A stretch of DNA of 63,665 nt, the filler included, from Chiloscyllium plagiosum (taxonomy: Eukaryota), in NCBI RefSeq assembly GCF_004010195.1. It is 4 parts of one record of this genome, joined end to end, with 100 filler letters (N's around TTAATTAATTAA, not from the genome) between each part and the next. Parts side by side here need not be neighbours in the genome. Positions count along the whole stretch, not along the records: positions 51,938 to 59,483 come from NC_057711.1; positions 59,584 to 63,665 come from NC_057711.1; 2 more parts are not named here. One strand, given 5' to 3'. The notes under the pieces were generated by a model. It did no database searches. It was not told where the DNA came from and saw nothing but the letters and a program-made list of their open reading frames with translations. Each line of letters begins with the position of its first letter. The first letter of the stretch is position 1. Positions 51,938-63,224 of this stretch are shown here, piece by piece. Made by a program: the position numbers and the translations under genes.

Positions 51938-52500
51938 CCTCGTGTCAGAGACCCGGTCACTGCAGCTTACCCCTGCTACGCCGCCCCCCCAACAGTATCC
52001 AAAGCGGTATACTTATTGTTGAGGGGAACGACCACAGGGGATCCCTGCACTGCCTGCTTCCTCCTCTTCCTACCTCTAACTGTTACCCAGCTACCTCTGT
52101 TCTCTGGTGTAACTATATCCCTGTAGCTTCTATCTATCAGCCTCTCGAATAATCCTCAGTTCATCCAACTCCAGTTTCAGTTCCCTAACCCGGTCTGTGA
52201 GGAGCTGGAGCTGGCTGCACTTCCTGCAGATGAAGTCAGCAGGAGCATCAGTGGTCACCCCTACCTCAAACATCCTGCAGGAGGAACATTCCACTGCCTG
52301 CGCTGCCATAACTCTACACTTAGTCTCCAAAACAAGAACACTGAGTAGCTTATCTTTTTTTTAGGTTAGAGGAGGAGAGAGGGTGGGAGACACTACACGT
52401 GTAGTGTCTCGGGTTCCTTCTCCACTCAAATAACAATCACTTACCTTCCCGACCAGCTTTGCGCTCCAACTTCACTTCCGTCCAGCTCCCGCCGCTCTCT
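51938..52500 (-). mobile_element. CR1 5' UTR and ORF1 (zinc finger, coiled coil), same subfamily as 51520-51837
   Basis: ORF 52130-52330: MAAQAVECSSCRMFEV...CRKCSQLQLLTDRVRELKLELDELRIIREA. Confidence 0.88.
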
Positions 52501-52975
52501 GCATGTAGTGTGACATGAACCCAAGGTCCCAGTTGAGGCCCTCCCTATGGGTACCGAACTTAGCTATCAGCCTCTGCTCGGCCACTTTCCTTTGCTGCCT
52601 GTCCCGAAGTCCACCTTGGAGGATGGTCACCCGAAGGTCCGAGCCTGAATGTCCTGGACCACTGAAGTGTTCCCCTTTTAAAAACCTTTTAAAAAAAAGG
52701 GTTTTGTGATTTACACATGAAAGAAGTGAAACTATCACTGTATTCTAACAGATGAAAGGCTTAACAGACAATCAATTTTTCAATGTATAATTTCAGTTAC
52801 ATCACACTGTAAATTTTTGCTATCAATTCTGTGTTACGATTGAGCCCCTCATTACCACCTGATGAAGGAGTGTCGCTCCAAAAGCTAGTGTGCTTCCTAT
52901 TAAACCTGTTGGACTATAACCTGGTGTTGTGTGATTTTCAACTTTGTAAACCTCAGTCCAACACCGGCATCTCCT
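52501..52975. mobile_element. Penelope-like element (family B): GIY-YIG C-terminus (-) joined to an inverted terminal repeat (+) with hammerhead (G12>A)
   Basis: ORF 52472-52738: EHFSGPGHSGSDLRVTILQGGLRDRQQRKVAEQRLIAKFGTHREGLNWDLGFMSHY; CACCTGATGAAGGAGTGTCGCTCCAAAAGCTAGTG at 52856-52890. Confidence 0.88.
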
Positions 52976-53049
52976 AATCCTGAAAAGGGAGAATATGCTG
53001 GAGGAAACAACAAATATATTGACTAAACAATGGAACAAAAAAAGACCTT

Positions 53050-54135
53050 CACTGCTTGGAATGTGCTATAAGCCTTCAAATAGTTTGAAAGAATAGAAAA
53101 GCATATTCATAAGCAAATTCCAGACAAATGCAAAAATAATAGAAGGGAATATTTATTATAACCAAGATGCATGCAGAATAACCAATACAGAGGACAGAGA
53201 ATTCCTGAATTACATTCAAGAGCACTTTCATTTAGCCACCATCCATCTAGTCCACGAACAGGCTTACAGCATTTATTCATTTAATTTTATGAAATGAAGC
53301 TGGGGAGGTGGAAGGAAACTCAGTAGGAGATAACGTTTGTTGTAATGCTCATAAATAAACCAGTTAGATTTATCATTGTCATGGAAAAATAAGCAAAATA
53401 GGAATACACTGGGGAAAGGCCAACTTTACTAGGCTAAGAAGCAATTTGGCAAAGTTCACTGGAAACAGCAACTTGAAGATAAATTGGTGTCAGAACAATA
53501 AGAGTCATTCAAGATGTTCAGGGTAAGCAAGTTCCTACATTCAAAAGGGTCGTACAGCCTAATCTAGAGCCCGCTGGATGACAAGGTGGGTAGAACATAA
53601 GAACAGGGTAAGGAAGGGAAACTCATATCTGACATCAAGAAGAGGACAAGAAGCAAAAAGGTGAAATCAAAAAGGCATTTAGAAAGCAAAAAGAAGGAAT
53701 GAGAATACATTAAGAAGTGAATCAAAGCAATCTCTGAAAATGCTCAAAAAGTATATAAAGAACACAAGGATAACAAAAGAAAGAGGAGGGCCCATCAGGA
53801 ATCAAAAAAGTGAACCTATATGTGGAAGCAAAGGATATGAGTCAGGTTCTTAACAAATGCTTTGTAGCTGTTTTCATAAAAGAGGGGATGATGAGGATGT
53901 CACAGTTTAGGAGGGAGTATGAAATATTGGCTTGGTTAAACATTATAAAAGAATGAGTATTACAATGTTTAGACAATAGACAATAGGTGCAGGAGTAGGC
54001 CATTCGGCCCTTCGAGAAGCACCACCATTCATTATGATCATGGCTGATCATCCACAGTCCATATCCTGTCCCTGCATTATCCCCATAACCCTTGATTCCA
54101 CTGTGTCTTAGAGCTCTAGCCATCTCTTCCTTGAA
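53050..54135. mobile_element. Old CR1 endonuclease/linker remnant (+) followed by a CR1 3' tail (-)
   Basis: Degenerate CR1-like sequence; a tail aatagacaatagacaataggtgcaggagtaggccattcggccc starts at ~53975. Confidence 0.6.
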
Positions 54136-54780
54136 AGTATGTTTGAAAACAGAAACCTCCAGATCAAGGTGAAGCACGTTCCTTAAAGCTGAAATCAGAA
54201 GCACCAAAGCCAGGTAGCTACTGATCTAGGCAGCAGGACAATGTTAGCTTGTCCAAACACAGAAACTGCTGAGGAAACTGATCAGGTCTGGCAGCGTATG
54301 TGGAGAGAAAGCAGAGTTAACATTTTGAGTCCATTGATAATTCTTCAGAATCCTTCTTCACTAGATGCCACTACTATTATAATTCTGGTGGGGTTGCTGC
54401 TCAGAATCTTACCCAATGAACCCAGCCAACTGCAGACCCTGACCGATACCCATAATTCAATGGAAGTCACTGAAGTAGCCCGTAAGTGTTTGCCTATTCA
54501 TAAATCTCCTCAGAGGTTCTGTCATGATCACCTCCAGTTTTCCAAACAGGAATATAGCAAATCTAACTCTAACCCTTACCATCAAAATTAGAGCGTTGAA
54601 GCTAAAATCCAGCCCATTGTATCATAACTGCACATTTGATTTTTAAAAATTTATTCAAATTTCTGATTGGCAATACCAACAACTACATGCACTGTTATAA
54701 CATCTTTAATATAAAAATAAATCTCAGATGGAATGTCATAGGAACTTCATAGAGTAAAAGTGGCACTGAATAACATCAAT

Positions 54781-54947
54781 GAGGAGAAAGTGAGGACTGC
54801 AGGTGCTGGAGATCAGAGTCGAGAGTGTGGTGCTGGAAAAGCACAACAGGTCAGGCAGCATCTGAGGGTTTATGCGCGAAACGTTGACTCTCCTGCTCCT
54901 CGGATACTGCCTGACTAGCTGTGCTTTTCCAGCACCACACTCTCGAC
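54781..54947. mobile_element. Fold-back Penelope mini-element (family A variant)
   Basis: Arms ~54818-54867 and ~54898-54947 are inverted; the loop contains the hammerhead remnant ...tatgcgcGAAACGTTgac. Confidence 0.8.
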
Positions 54948-56110
54948 ATTGAATAATTCAGCAAATATTAGACAGATGATCAAAAGCTTGGTCAATAGAT
55001 AGATTTTAAGGAGTGACTTAAAGGAGGAAAGAGAAACCGAGAGGTTTTGGAGGAGAGATTCAGAGCCTAGTGTCCAGTCACTTGAAGACATAACTCCAAA
55101 TAGTAGTGCAATTAAATTCTAAGATGCACAAAATGTCATGTTTGGAAGAGTGTAAATACCTTGGAGGGTTGCCAGGTTCCACGTGGATACAGGAATTGAA
55201 AGGTGCACCAGCTCATTTGTAATTGATAATTATGGTGAGGATTTTAAAATTGAGGTGATACTTAAAATGTATCAATGTAAGTCAATGAGAACGGGGCAGT
55301 GGGCGGACAGTATTTAGTACAATTTAGGAGAGGGGCAACAGAGGTTTGTGTAATGTCAAGTTTATGGATGATAAAACATGGGACAGCAGTCAGGCGTTTA
55401 TTGGTGAAGTTACGTCTTAAAGAAATTGAGAAATTAATGGGAGTTTCAGGAGCAAATGAGCTGAGACAAGACGTAGATGTATGAGGAAATGACTAATAGT
55501 TAGATCAAGTGTGGGCTGATTTTCTACATTTCTCTATGCTCATGGATTTTTTTTCCAAAGATCTCCTCCTGGAATTTTCCAGGTTTCATCCTAAAGTATT
55601 CTAACTCTGCCCACATTGATATTTACGCTCTGTGTTGTGGTCCAGAGGCCCGATAACCTTACACATCTGGAACCACATATTTTAGAAGTACCTGATGATG
55701 GTAAAAATAGTACTCTTTATTTGTAGCTATGTCAAACAATTATGCAAATATGCTAGTTCTAACTTTTCTTCATTTCCATATTTATTGATATTGGTATGAA
55801 GATTAAACCTCTGTTCAAATCAAAGTAAATACAAGAATAACAATCACATGATCAGTATTGCAGTTGACCTTTATTTTCTTGAACAATTTACATTTTCAGT
55901 TCATAAAATTACATAATACAAACTTACTGAAGAAAATCACTTTTCAAGAGCAAGGATTGAACATGAATTGAACATTAATTCAAAAATTAGCCACTGATGA
56001 TCTTTCAGTCAGATTAAGATTAGATAAGAGCAACAGGAGTATTTCAAAATTAGGAAGAGATTTGAAAGAGTGAATAAGAAGAAACATTTGCAGGAAAATC
56101 AATAAACTGA

Positions 56111-57110
56111 GGGAGTGCCACAAGGATCGGTGCTGGATCCACTATTTTTCATCATTTATATAAATGATTTGGATGTGAGCATAAGAGGTACAGTTAGTAA
56201 GTTTGCAGATGACACCAAAATTGGAGATGTAGAGGACAGCGAAGAGCGTTACCTAAGAGTACAACAGGATCTGGACCAGATGGGCCAAAGGGCTGAGAAG
56301 TGGCAGATGGAGTTTAATTCAGATAAATGCGAGGTGCTGCATTTTGGGAAAGCAAATCTTAGCAGGACTTATCCACTTAATGGTAAGGTCCTAGAGAGTG
56401 TTGCTGAACAAAGAGACCTTGGAGTGCAGGTTCATAGCTCCTTGAAAGTGGAGTCGCAGGTAGATAGGATAGTGAAGAAGACATTTGGTATGCTTGTGTT
56501 TTGTTGGTCAGAGTATTGAGTACAGGAGTTGGGAGATCATGTTGCAGCTGTACAGGACATTGGTTAGGCCACTGTTGGAATATTGCATGCAATTCTGGTC
56601 TCCTTCCTATTGGAAAGATGTTGTGAAACTTGAAAAGGTTCAGAAAAGACTTACTGGGAGGTTGCCAGGGTTGGAGGATTTGAGCTATAGGGAGAGGCTG
56701 AACAGCCTGGGGCTATTTTCCCTGGAGCATTGAAGGCTGAGAGGTGACCTTATAGAGGTTTATAAAATTATGTGGGGTGTGGATAGGGTAAATAGGCAAA
56801 ATCTTTTCCCTGGGGTCGGGGAGTCCAGACTAGAGGGCAGAGGTTTAGGGTGAGAGGGGAAAGATACGGGGCAACTTTTTCACACAGAGGGTGGTATGTG
56901 TATGGAATGAGCTGCCAGAGGAAGTGGTGGAGGCTGGTATAATTGCAAAATTTAAGAGGCATTTGGATGGGTATATGAATAGGAAGGAGGGATATGGGTC
57001 GGATGCTGGCAGGTGGGACAACATCGAGTTGGGATTTCTGGTCGGCATGGATAGGTTGGACTGAAGGGTCTGTTTCCATGTTGTACATTTCTATGACTCT
57101 ATGACTCTAT
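56111..57110 (+). mobile_element. CR1 LINE RT/3' fragment with (CTATGACT)n tail
   Basis: GVPQGSVLDP...KFADDTK...LYRTLVRPLLEYCMQFWSP. Confidence 0.95.
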
Positions 57111-57425
57111 GAGTAGAACAAAGGTAATTGACAAAAAAAAACAAAGGTAAAGCAGCTTTAAATTGCAAGCTGGTATGGTCTAGAATGTATTTCCTAAAAG
57201 ACTAGTGGAAGTAGTTTCAATAGGAACATTCAAGAAGGAAGTGGATATGTATACAGGTATATGTGAAGAGAGAAAACTCTTTGCAGGATTCTCGGTAAAG
57301 AGCATGAAGATTGAACTAATCCAGTGGTTTGCCTAAAAGGCTGGCATAGGCATCATCAATCCCTGTTGACTAACATTAACATGACAATTACACTTTCTTA
57401 TATAAATCTTTGTTGGCTCAATCAT

Positions 57426-57611
57426 TTAATATCCAATAAAAACTATTAATATTGTAATTACAGTAATTAAAGTGCAGGCTGCTAATATGAACAGTGCTAT
57501 TAGCTTACAACATTTGGCTCTTTTCAGTTCAGACTCTTTCTTCTTCAGTAAAGAATCATACCCTGGTGTATAAACGTCTTCCAACCAAAATTTCAGGTCA
57601 TTTGGATCCTC
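57426..57611 (-). CDS. MINAR2: Terminal coding exon of a MINAR2 (KIAA1024L / UPF0258 family) gene: conserved C-terminal motif plus tail-anchor transmembrane helix
   Basis: Acceptor tttatttattttcatttag|GAG; 186 nt, phase 0. Translation: EDPNDLKFWLEDVYTPGYDSLLKKKESELKRAKCCKLIALFILAACTLITVITILIVFIGY*. This matches recalled MINAR2 ENPNDLRFWLGDMYTPGFDTLLKK and MINAR1 EDIYTPGYDSLLKRKEAEFRRAKVCKI. The paralog assignment is less sure than the family. Confidence 0.85.
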   Translation of the reverse strand, partial: EDPNDLKFWLEDVYTPGYDSLLKKKESELKRAKCCKLIALFILAACTLITVITILIVFIGY

Positions 57612-58109
57612 CTAAATGAAAATAAATAAAAATTAAATATTGCTGAAAGCGAGGCATGTTGCTGAAACTTTTCATTTTGTGTGCGACAGAACAAACACAA
57701 TAATATCAGAAGTCAAATAATGACAACAGTTTATACATTGGGAGAAAGAGGTGTGGATTGATGAGAAATTAACTCATATTATATATAATCTATTCACCCA
57801 AGCTCACTGCATTTAGGCTGAAAGAATTGAGAGAATCTAGTCACTGGAAAATGTGAAACCAGAAAATCTTATCACTTAAGAGTCAATTTTTTGTGTCTTA
57901 TCTGAATTAATCTCCATGGTGTTAAGTCTACACAGTGGCCATATTCTTGCTTTTGAGGTCATGAGAACACATTTGATTCTTTGGTTCAATACTAAATGAG
58001 TCAGAAATCTTAACTTTTTAATGAAAGCTGAACTGAGATCTGTTTTCAGTAAAGTATTCCTTGGTATCCTACAAGAAAAGAAATTAAATTGGACAAAGTT
58101 TGAATTAAA

Positions 58110-59483
58110 GTATCGCTGGAGATCGGAGTGCATCTGGGAAAATTAACAAACAGTGAAATTCACAACTGACCTTGGAGGAACTGTTTGGGCAAAATTCACA
58201 GCACAGAATCAGATAAGTAATTGTTTTAAGTGGCCTACAGAAAGTCTGCAGTGAGTAGAGTGGATTCTTTCTTGATTATATGTTTTTTTTGAGATATTTC
58301 TCTTGATTAAACTTAAAATATAAGCCATAACTATTAATTTTACCTGGGGCAACATTTTGTAAAAGAATAAGTCGGTGTTATTTTCTGGGTCTGTAGATTG
58401 TGAAGGAACAAAAATGGCCTTTGCAGTGATATGTGCTTCTTGTCAGATGTGAGAGTTTAAAGAGAGTTTAAAGGTTACTGTGGATTATATCTGCCATAAA
58501 TGCTGTTGGTTGCGAATCTTATCAGATCGAATAGATCGGTTGGAGAGACAGTTAGAAGCAATGAAGAATCATCAGCAGCAACAGTATGTGATGGGTGGTG
58601 GTTATAGGAAGGGGTGAAAGTCTCAGATACAGTCACATAGATGGGTTCACTCCAGAAAAGGTAAGAGAGGTAGGCAACTAGTGCAGGGGTGTTCTGTGGC
58701 TATACCCATTTCTGTAATTGCTATGATATCCCAGTCCCATGTTCCTAACCATGCCCTGAGTTCATCTGCCTTCCCTATTAGGCCCCTTGCATTGAAATAA
58801 ATGCAGTTTAATTTATTAGTCCTACCTTGTCCCTGCCTGCCTTGACTGCTTGACTCGCTTCTGTCCTCAACTGTACCAGTCTCAGATTGATCTCTTTCCT
58901 CACTATCTCCCTCGGTCCTGCCCCCACCTTACTAGTTTAAATCCTCCTGAGCAGCTCTAGCAAATTTCTCCTCCTTGTACATTTCAAACAAGTATGCTGT
59001 TTTGAAAAATGTAGGGGGTGATGGATTCACAATGGAATGTAGCACAAACAGCCAAGTTTCTGGTATTGAGACTGGCTCTAATGCAATGAGGGGTATGTCG
59101 GGTTCCAAGAGATCAATTGTGCTAGGGGATTCACTAGTCCAAGGTACAGACAGATGTTTCTGTGGCCAGCAGCGAAAAATCAGAATGGTGTGTTGCTTAC
59201 CTGGTGCCAGGATCAAGGATGTCTCAGAGATGGTGCAGAATGTTCTCACGGGGGAGAGGGGTCAGCAAGAGGTCACTGTCCATATTGGAACCAACGATAT
59301 AGAAAGGCAAAAGGTTGAGATTCTGAAGGGAGATTACAGAGAGTTAGGCAGGAATTTAAAAAGGAGGTCCTCGAGAGTAGTAATATCTGGATTACTCCCG
59401 GTGCTTCGAGCTAGTGAGGGCAGGAATAGGAGGATAGAGCAGACGAATGCATGGCTGAGAAGCTGGTGTATGGGAGAAGGATT
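58110..59483 (+). mobile_element. CR1 5' UTR and ORF1 (zinc finger and SGNH/GDSL esterase) with an inverted internal insert at 58713-58979
   Basis: ATGGCC...CASCQM...CHKC; ORF 58975+ contains IVLGDSLVQG...CCLPGARIKDV...VHIGTNDI, the esterase motifs of CR1 ORF1. Confidence 0.9.
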
Positions 59484-59583
59484 NNNNNNNNNNNNNNNNN
59501 NNNNNNNNNNNNNNNNNNNNNNNNNNNTTAATTAATTAANNNNNNNNNNNNNNNNNNNNNNNNNNNNNNNNNNNNNNNNNNNN
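59484..59583. other. Assembly gap / artificial linker
   Basis: 44 N + TTAATTAATTAA + 44 N. Confidence 0.98.
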
Positions 59584-60447
59584 GCAAATGGCTGTATGCA
59601 GCACACAAACAAGGCAGGAGAGAGGGGGCAGCCCTGCCTGACTCCAGATCTGACTGGGAAGCTATCTGATTCCCACCCATTGATTGAGACTGCACTGACA
59701 ATGTTGGTGTAGAGCAGTCTGATCCAATTAGCGATTCCCTCCCCGAAGCCCATTTTGGAGAGGACATCCCTCATAAATGTGTGCGATATCCTGTCAAAGA
59801 CTTTCTCCTGGTCCAGGCTGATGAGGCGGGTGTCCACCCCCCCTGTCCTGCACGTAGGCAATCGTATCTCTGAGGAGTGCGAGACTCTCAGCGATCTTCC
59901 TGCCCGGTACAGCACAGGTTTGGTCAGGATGAATCACCGATCCCAGAGCAGACCTGACCTGGTTGGCGATGACCTTTGACATGATTTTGTAGTCTGTGTT
60001 TAACAGTGAGATCGGTCTCCAATTTCTAATTTCCTCCCTCTCCCCCTTCTGCTTGTAGATGAGGGTGATGATGCCTTTCCTCATGGATTCACTCTGGTAC
60101 CTGCCCGAAGCATACTGACATACACCTCCAGCAGGTCCTGGCCAAACAAGTCCCAAAGAGCAGAATAGAGCTCGACCGGTAAGCCGTCGCTTCCGGGAGT
60201 TTTATTCTTTTCGAAGGACTCGAGGGCCTTGGTCAGCTCATCCAGAGATAGCGGCTGGTCCAGCCTCTCTCCTGTTCCGTCGTCTAGGACCTCCGTGATA
60301 GAGGACAGGAACGACTTGGAGGCCACGCTGTCGGTTGGCTTCGAGTCATACAGACTGGCATAGAAGGATTTGCTGATCCTCATGATGTCAGCCTGAGATG
60401 ACGTTACCGAGCTATCTTCTTCCTTCAGGCTGCTGAGCACGGAGCTC
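59584..60447 (-). mobile_element. Tx1/L1-clade non-LTR retrotransposon RT fragment, frameshifted
   Basis: KNKTPGSDGLPVELY; NWRPISLLNTDYKIMSKVIAN; SLDQEKVFDRISH; SGVRQGCPLSPALF. Confidence 0.92.
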
Positions 60448-62189
60448 TAAGGATTCACTTGATCTATATCTGACATATGCTTCATTCTTTTTCTTAACAA
60501 AATCCTCAATTTTTTAGTGATCCAGCATTCCCTATACCTACCAGCCTCCTTATGGTCCTGCTCTCCAACTACGTGATGAAGCAGCAGCACTTTGAAAGCT
60601 AGTGCTTCCAAATAAAGTTGATGGACCATAACCTAGTGCTGTGAGATTTTTAACTTCATACTGATTGAGTCTGGAGTTGTATGTAGACCAGAGCAGGTGA
60701 GGAATGCAAATTTCCTTCCCTAAAGGCATTAGGGAAACAAAGAGGATTTTCTGACAATGGACAATGGATTCATAGGCATCAATGATTTAAACCTGGATGC
60801 CCAGGTCTCTGGATTAGTAGACTAATGATAATACCACTAGGCCGTCACCTCCCCATAAGTAGATGAATACAACCGGCATACTGCAGCATGTGTGGATAAG
60901 GATTTCTGGCAAATACATCAGTTCCATAAGATGAAAGCAATCACAATTGTACAGGTCTAGGGAGGGTAGGCTGTCATCAACATACACATGGAATCAAATT
61001 CTATGCTTATTGAGACATTTTATAGCTGGTAGATAGGAACAGTCCAAGCATAGTGGGAATATATATGCACTAAAAAATATAACTTAAAACTTGGCAAATT
61101 TAAACACCATCAATATGTTCTAGTACAGAGTACCCTCTGGCCAGTGACAGGAGGACTGGTCCTTGTTAGATACAAGTGCAAGCAAACAATCTAGACTACT
61201 GCGACATTGATCCACCTGAAAGCAAGTGAGGTTCTGTTCAACCAGTAACTTTCCCATGGCCACCTCCCAAAAATTACAGTGAAACAAAGTTCCCTTTTAA
61301 ATAACTAGCCACTAGTGAAAAGAAGCTACTGAAACAAAAACCTTGTATGCATTCATGCATTCGAATAGAAGGTCACACTATACTTACACTATTGTGCAAA
61401 ATAGGTGAAATTTAATAATTGTGCTTGAATATATATTTAAATTCACAAATTAATGGAAGCATCAGAACAATTAAAAACTAAACTTTACAATTAGTTTAAT
61501 ATAAAAATAGTTAAAATAAATATGACCACAAACACAATTGTTTCAGCAACTGTGCTTCAAAAAATACACAGACTCTCTGCAAATGATGGAACTAAGGAAA
61601 CACTTTTGTGTATGCAATTCTGACCATTAAAAAAAAAGAATGGGTACATGGAATGAAAACTACAGGCAGTTTACTTCTCTAACTTTAAACAATGTTGATC
61701 TTATTCCTCTAAGTGCCCTATGATCTGTATGTCCTTGTTTGCTACAAGTTGCCTTTACTGCTTGCAAAACTTTTCACTGTACCTAGGTACATGTGACTAC
61801 AATAAAACCAAATCAAATTTGGAACCAAAGTAACTACAGAAAGAAAAAAAAGACAAAGCATTTTACAACTGCAATCTGATTTAGAGAAGTGGATTTAATG
61901 CAACTCTAACTTCTCCATTGGCAGACAGATAGCTTAGGATACCAAGATTGTGAAAGGTGCTATGCAAATAGAAATAATTTCCTTCTTTGTGAACACGTGT
62001 CCTTTATTTCCTGAATATTTTAAGGCAACATTGTTTTTGTGACGCAGAAGCCAGTCATGCATTCACAAAACAAGAGATGCTTAAAAACACAGTACTTTTG
62101 AACATTGAGAACAATGCTACAACGAAGCAGCGCAAGAAATAATGTCAATTAAATACTTAAGATGTTTTGTTGGCATTGGTTAGACTGAA

Positions 62190-62360
62190 ACCTCCTTGGA
62201 TTTTCCATCAGTAAAGAAAGCCATGGCAGTTTGTGTCTTTGAACACATAGCTGGAACTCATTGTCTTGATGAAATAGCACTCCCTCCGTAATGCCAGGAT
62301 TACCAGCCTCAATTATGTCTTTAAACTGTTGGAGTGAGGCTAGAACCATGATCTTTTGAC
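62190..62360 (-). pseudogene. Probable mariner transposase fossil (catalytic-domain fragment)
   Basis: ASLQQFKDIIEAGNPGITEGVLFHQDN, then after a frameshift VPAMCSKTQTAMAF; resembles mariner YYasLL..LkdAI..KRPG....GVLFHQDNAPAH.S..tmafl. Confidence 0.45.
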
Positions 62361-62629
62361 GCAGAGTGCAATCAACTGAATCAAGATTTAACAAGAAGAG
62401 CAGGCATGAGTCACAGTTGTCAAAAGTGTCTTCACTATTTAACCACAAATCAAGACATTTCACCATGAAAACCAAACATATAAACCAATGTACCGATAAA
62501 TCCGAATGCAAAGGTTTCATTGGCATTTTTTTTAGCCAGAAGTAAGATCAGGTTGAATTGAGACCATTCAATTCACTGCAAAATAAAAATCAAGCAAATC
62601 ATTCCCTGGACTCTACTACAAAATATTAA

Positions 62630-63060
62630 CTGCATACATTCATGTAGAACTCTGAGCTCAAAAACTGCATGAATTTATGTAAAACTCTGTTATCTCACTT
62701 TTTAGATTAGAATCAATGTAAACATCAGGTCATAGACAGAGAACACTGGGGGCCAACACCTCCAACATATTGTCTAGCTATCACCATTGTTAACAGCTAA
62801 CCCGAGAATGCAACTTTAAAAAAAAGATTTTGTGATTTACACATGAAAGAAGTGAAACTATCACTGTATTCTAACAGATGAAAGGCTTAACAGACAATTT
62901 CTCAATGTATAATTTCAGTTACATCACACTGTAAACTTTTGCTATAGATTCTGTGTTAGGATTGAGCCCTCCACAATCACCTGATGAAGGAGCGTCGCTC
63001 CGAAAGCTAGTGCTTCCAATTAAACCTGTTGGACTATAACCTGGTGTTGTGTGATTTTTA
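62630..63060 (+). mobile_element. Non-coding Penelope-like terminal repeat (family B) with 12-bp TSD
   Basis: ACAAAATATTAA at 62618-62629 and 63061-63072; the body matches 52676-52940. Confidence 0.88.
62978..63012 (+). ncRNA. Minimal type I hammerhead ribozyme (family B), core intact
   Basis: CAC-CUGAUGA-A-GGAGC-GUC-GCUCC-GAAA-G-CUA/GUG. Confidence 0.8.
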
Positions 63061-63224
63061 ACAAAATATTAATAATTCATTGTAACATGTTCCTTTGCAG
63101 ACGGGGAATTTAAAAAACTTGTGAATGCAAAAGATTATTTAATTTGTGCATTTGCAGTTTCTTCTAATGTTATTGTACAAATACAAACAAAAAAAAAGCG
63201 TCATCTAATTATTTGCAAATGAAA

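Noticed and set aside
57503..57509. Apparent GTAAGC splice donor inside the MINAR exon
   Set aside because: Reading through it gives the expected C-terminal transmembrane helix and stop, so it is coding sequence.
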